Shown here piece by piece: positions 62,401 through 64,000 of a stretch of DNA of 64,000 nucleotides (positions within the stretch are counted from its first letter, which is position 1; the number at the start of each line of letters is the position of its first letter). The DNA comes from Ancylonema sp. (Eukaryota): NCBI GenBank assembly GCA_050230475.1, contig JBFLGF010000229.1, positions 1 to 64,000 on the forward strand. The letters are read 5' to 3'. A program made the translations under genes and the position numbers. Under the pieces are notes generated by a model that was not told the origin of the DNA, searched no databases, and worked only from the letters and a program-made list of their open reading frames with translations.

Positions 62401-63593
62401 AGGGCGGCTTTGGGTCTCCGGGAGACATGTCAGCCTCTCGCCTCCGCCTCCTCTCGTTGTGGCGCCATTGCGGGCGCACAAAGTAGTACCCCACCTGCCC
62501 CTTGCCATCTGGATGTCCAACCCTGCCAAAGAACGGCGAACAGCACGACTCAGTGCCTGCCACGTCATCCCTTCTATTGCAGATGAAGGACGAGGACATG
62601 GCAGTGTCTTTACCTGTGAGCTACCGAGAGCAGGCAGGGTCAGGAGGGGAGAAGGTACCTGGAAGGTTCCAGGGTCGGGGGTATTTGAGCAGTTCTATTT
62701 CTGGCATCAGACCGCTAGAGTCCCTCATGCCGCGCAGTCGGCCGACCAGACACGAGTCCAGCGCTCCGCGACCCTCTCTCCGCCCTTCTATCTTCCTCTC
62801 CAGGTAGTCAAACACTTCGTAGTCGGTGGGAGCAAAGCGGATGCCGACAGGAATCGGCGCCTGCCACACCAACAGGTGTCGAGATCAGGTTACACGACTG
62901 TCTCCAGTGTGTTGAAAAAGGTGAGGTTCGAGTCCAAGGGTGTAGGCTCACCGCGTCCAACAGTTTTTTCAAGTAGGCAAGCGCTTCGGAAAAGGCCTGC
63001 TCTCCCATAGTCTTCATCATCGACTCGTGCTGCCGGCCAGCTTCCTCCGCCTTGTTCCGCACGTCAGCCAGCTGTTTCGAGGTGTCGTTGGTGGTCTCTA
63101 CCAGCTGGTTGTACGCATGCTGCATTTGACGGAAGCTTTTCAAGGCGGCGTCCCGTTCCTGACTAGCCTTTGTGTTTTCCTTCTCAGCGCGAATGAGGCT
63201 GTTGAGGATGGCGGATTCTTTTGTCAGTTCGTTGCCAAGAGGAGCACCGCCTAGTTGCTGCGTTCGTGAGTAGAAGATAAAGGGTCGGGTTAGGGCACCC
63301 GAGTGAAAGCATACATGTGAAATACAGTCGGCGCATCCTGTGTCGTGAGAAACGGATATCACATACAGGAGCACATTATGCGATTAGAAACTTACGTATC
63401 TTCTTAGAATTTGCGAACCTTACAAGAGGGGACGCAAGGAGAAACTTACCAATGGGTTCACCACGTTCTGCAGCAATGTGCCGGAGTTGTTGTTGAAACT
63501 CTGAGTCTGCCAGTGGGTCGACTCATTCGACGACAACACCGATCCGACCCTCGAAGGATGGCTACCACTACTGGTAAAACCAGGAGTGATCAT
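59478..63593 (-). pseudogene. Chimeric gene (or gene with assembly errors): coiled-coil + NAC domain + PUB43/44/MLKL-like N-terminal helical domain + RLCK-IX-like pseudokinase
   Basis: Exons approx 63593-63450, 63257-62952, 62860-62659, ~62613-59665, 59558-59478. NAC motifs PVGIRFAPTD..DYLERK, PWNLP, YYF, CWKES, W*MYEYTL, WVICKV. Helical domain SRVLLLI..LTLLPLS..MAKIEF. Kinase motifs HPHLVPLIG, LPWFVRVDIA, HRDLSPAN, SDVFAFG. One in-frame TAG and three 1-nt frameshifts. 5' end uncertain. Confidence 0.7.
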
Positions 63594-64000
63594 GCCATCG
63601 GACAAGAATTCCGTATCATGTTGAACGGGGTCGTAGTTTCCATTCAATATAGTGGTCTAATCTCCACTCATATCAAAATCGATTTCCCCGGTATTGAAAT
63701 AGTGTTCCATCACTGGGAAAGAATTACCCTCCATCTTCGTACCCGCCATTGCTGACGCTATCGGTACTGCTCCAGAGCACTCGAAGGAGCTTGGATTACA
63801 ACGACGTGACAATAACTACTCATCAAAGCGTGGCTAAAGAAACAGTATGCTACAGGGCCGGTTTCGATCAACGAAGACGAGTACTCCGTCGGGTCAGCCC
63901 TCCGTCTGCAAGGGCAGGCTTTCGTCCATGCGCATTGCTTGCCGTGGTAGATATCGAAGGCGGTGTGATCTCGTAGCAGCTTGCACGAAAGACCACATTT

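Noticed and set aside
60916..62661. Stop-codon reassignment or readthrough to explain the in-frame TAG
   Set aside because: TAG terminates RH28, dNK and threonine deaminase normally in this window.
61028..63010. Long + strand ORFs (192, 180 and 310 aa)
   Set aside because: Antisense shadows of the GC-rich NAC/kinase coding strand with no recognisable motifs.

Overview
Eukaryotic, intron-rich nuclear DNA. The plant-type gene set and GC-rich introns suggest a streptophyte alga or early-diverging plant (inference). Spliced genes I could reconstruct: nucellin/APCB1-type aspartyl protease (+), RWA/CAS1 polysaccharide O-acetylation protein (+), DEAD-box helicase RH28/DDX27 (-), ASHR3-type SET methyltransferase with C-terminal Tudor-like domains (+), deoxynucleoside kinase (-), PLP-dependent cysteine desulfhydrase-like lyase (+) and threonine deaminase (+). 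At the right end lies an unusual minus-strand chimera: a NAC DNA-binding domain, a PUB43/44/MLKL-type N-terminal helical domain and an RLCK-IX-like pseudokinase in one apparent gene with four reading-frame lesions. A seemingly identical 4319-bp tandem duplication (51515-55833 = 55834-60152) cuts through the threonine deaminase and kinase genes. Repeats and mobile DNA include a full-length decayed Ty1/copia element (both LTRs, GACAT TSD, PBS, PPT), an internally deleted pogo/Tigger-like transposon, a ~840-bp foldback palindrome and a ~550-bp (GGGATTT)n array that mirrors the plant telomere repeat. Exon boundaries were read by eye and several 5' ends are uncertain.
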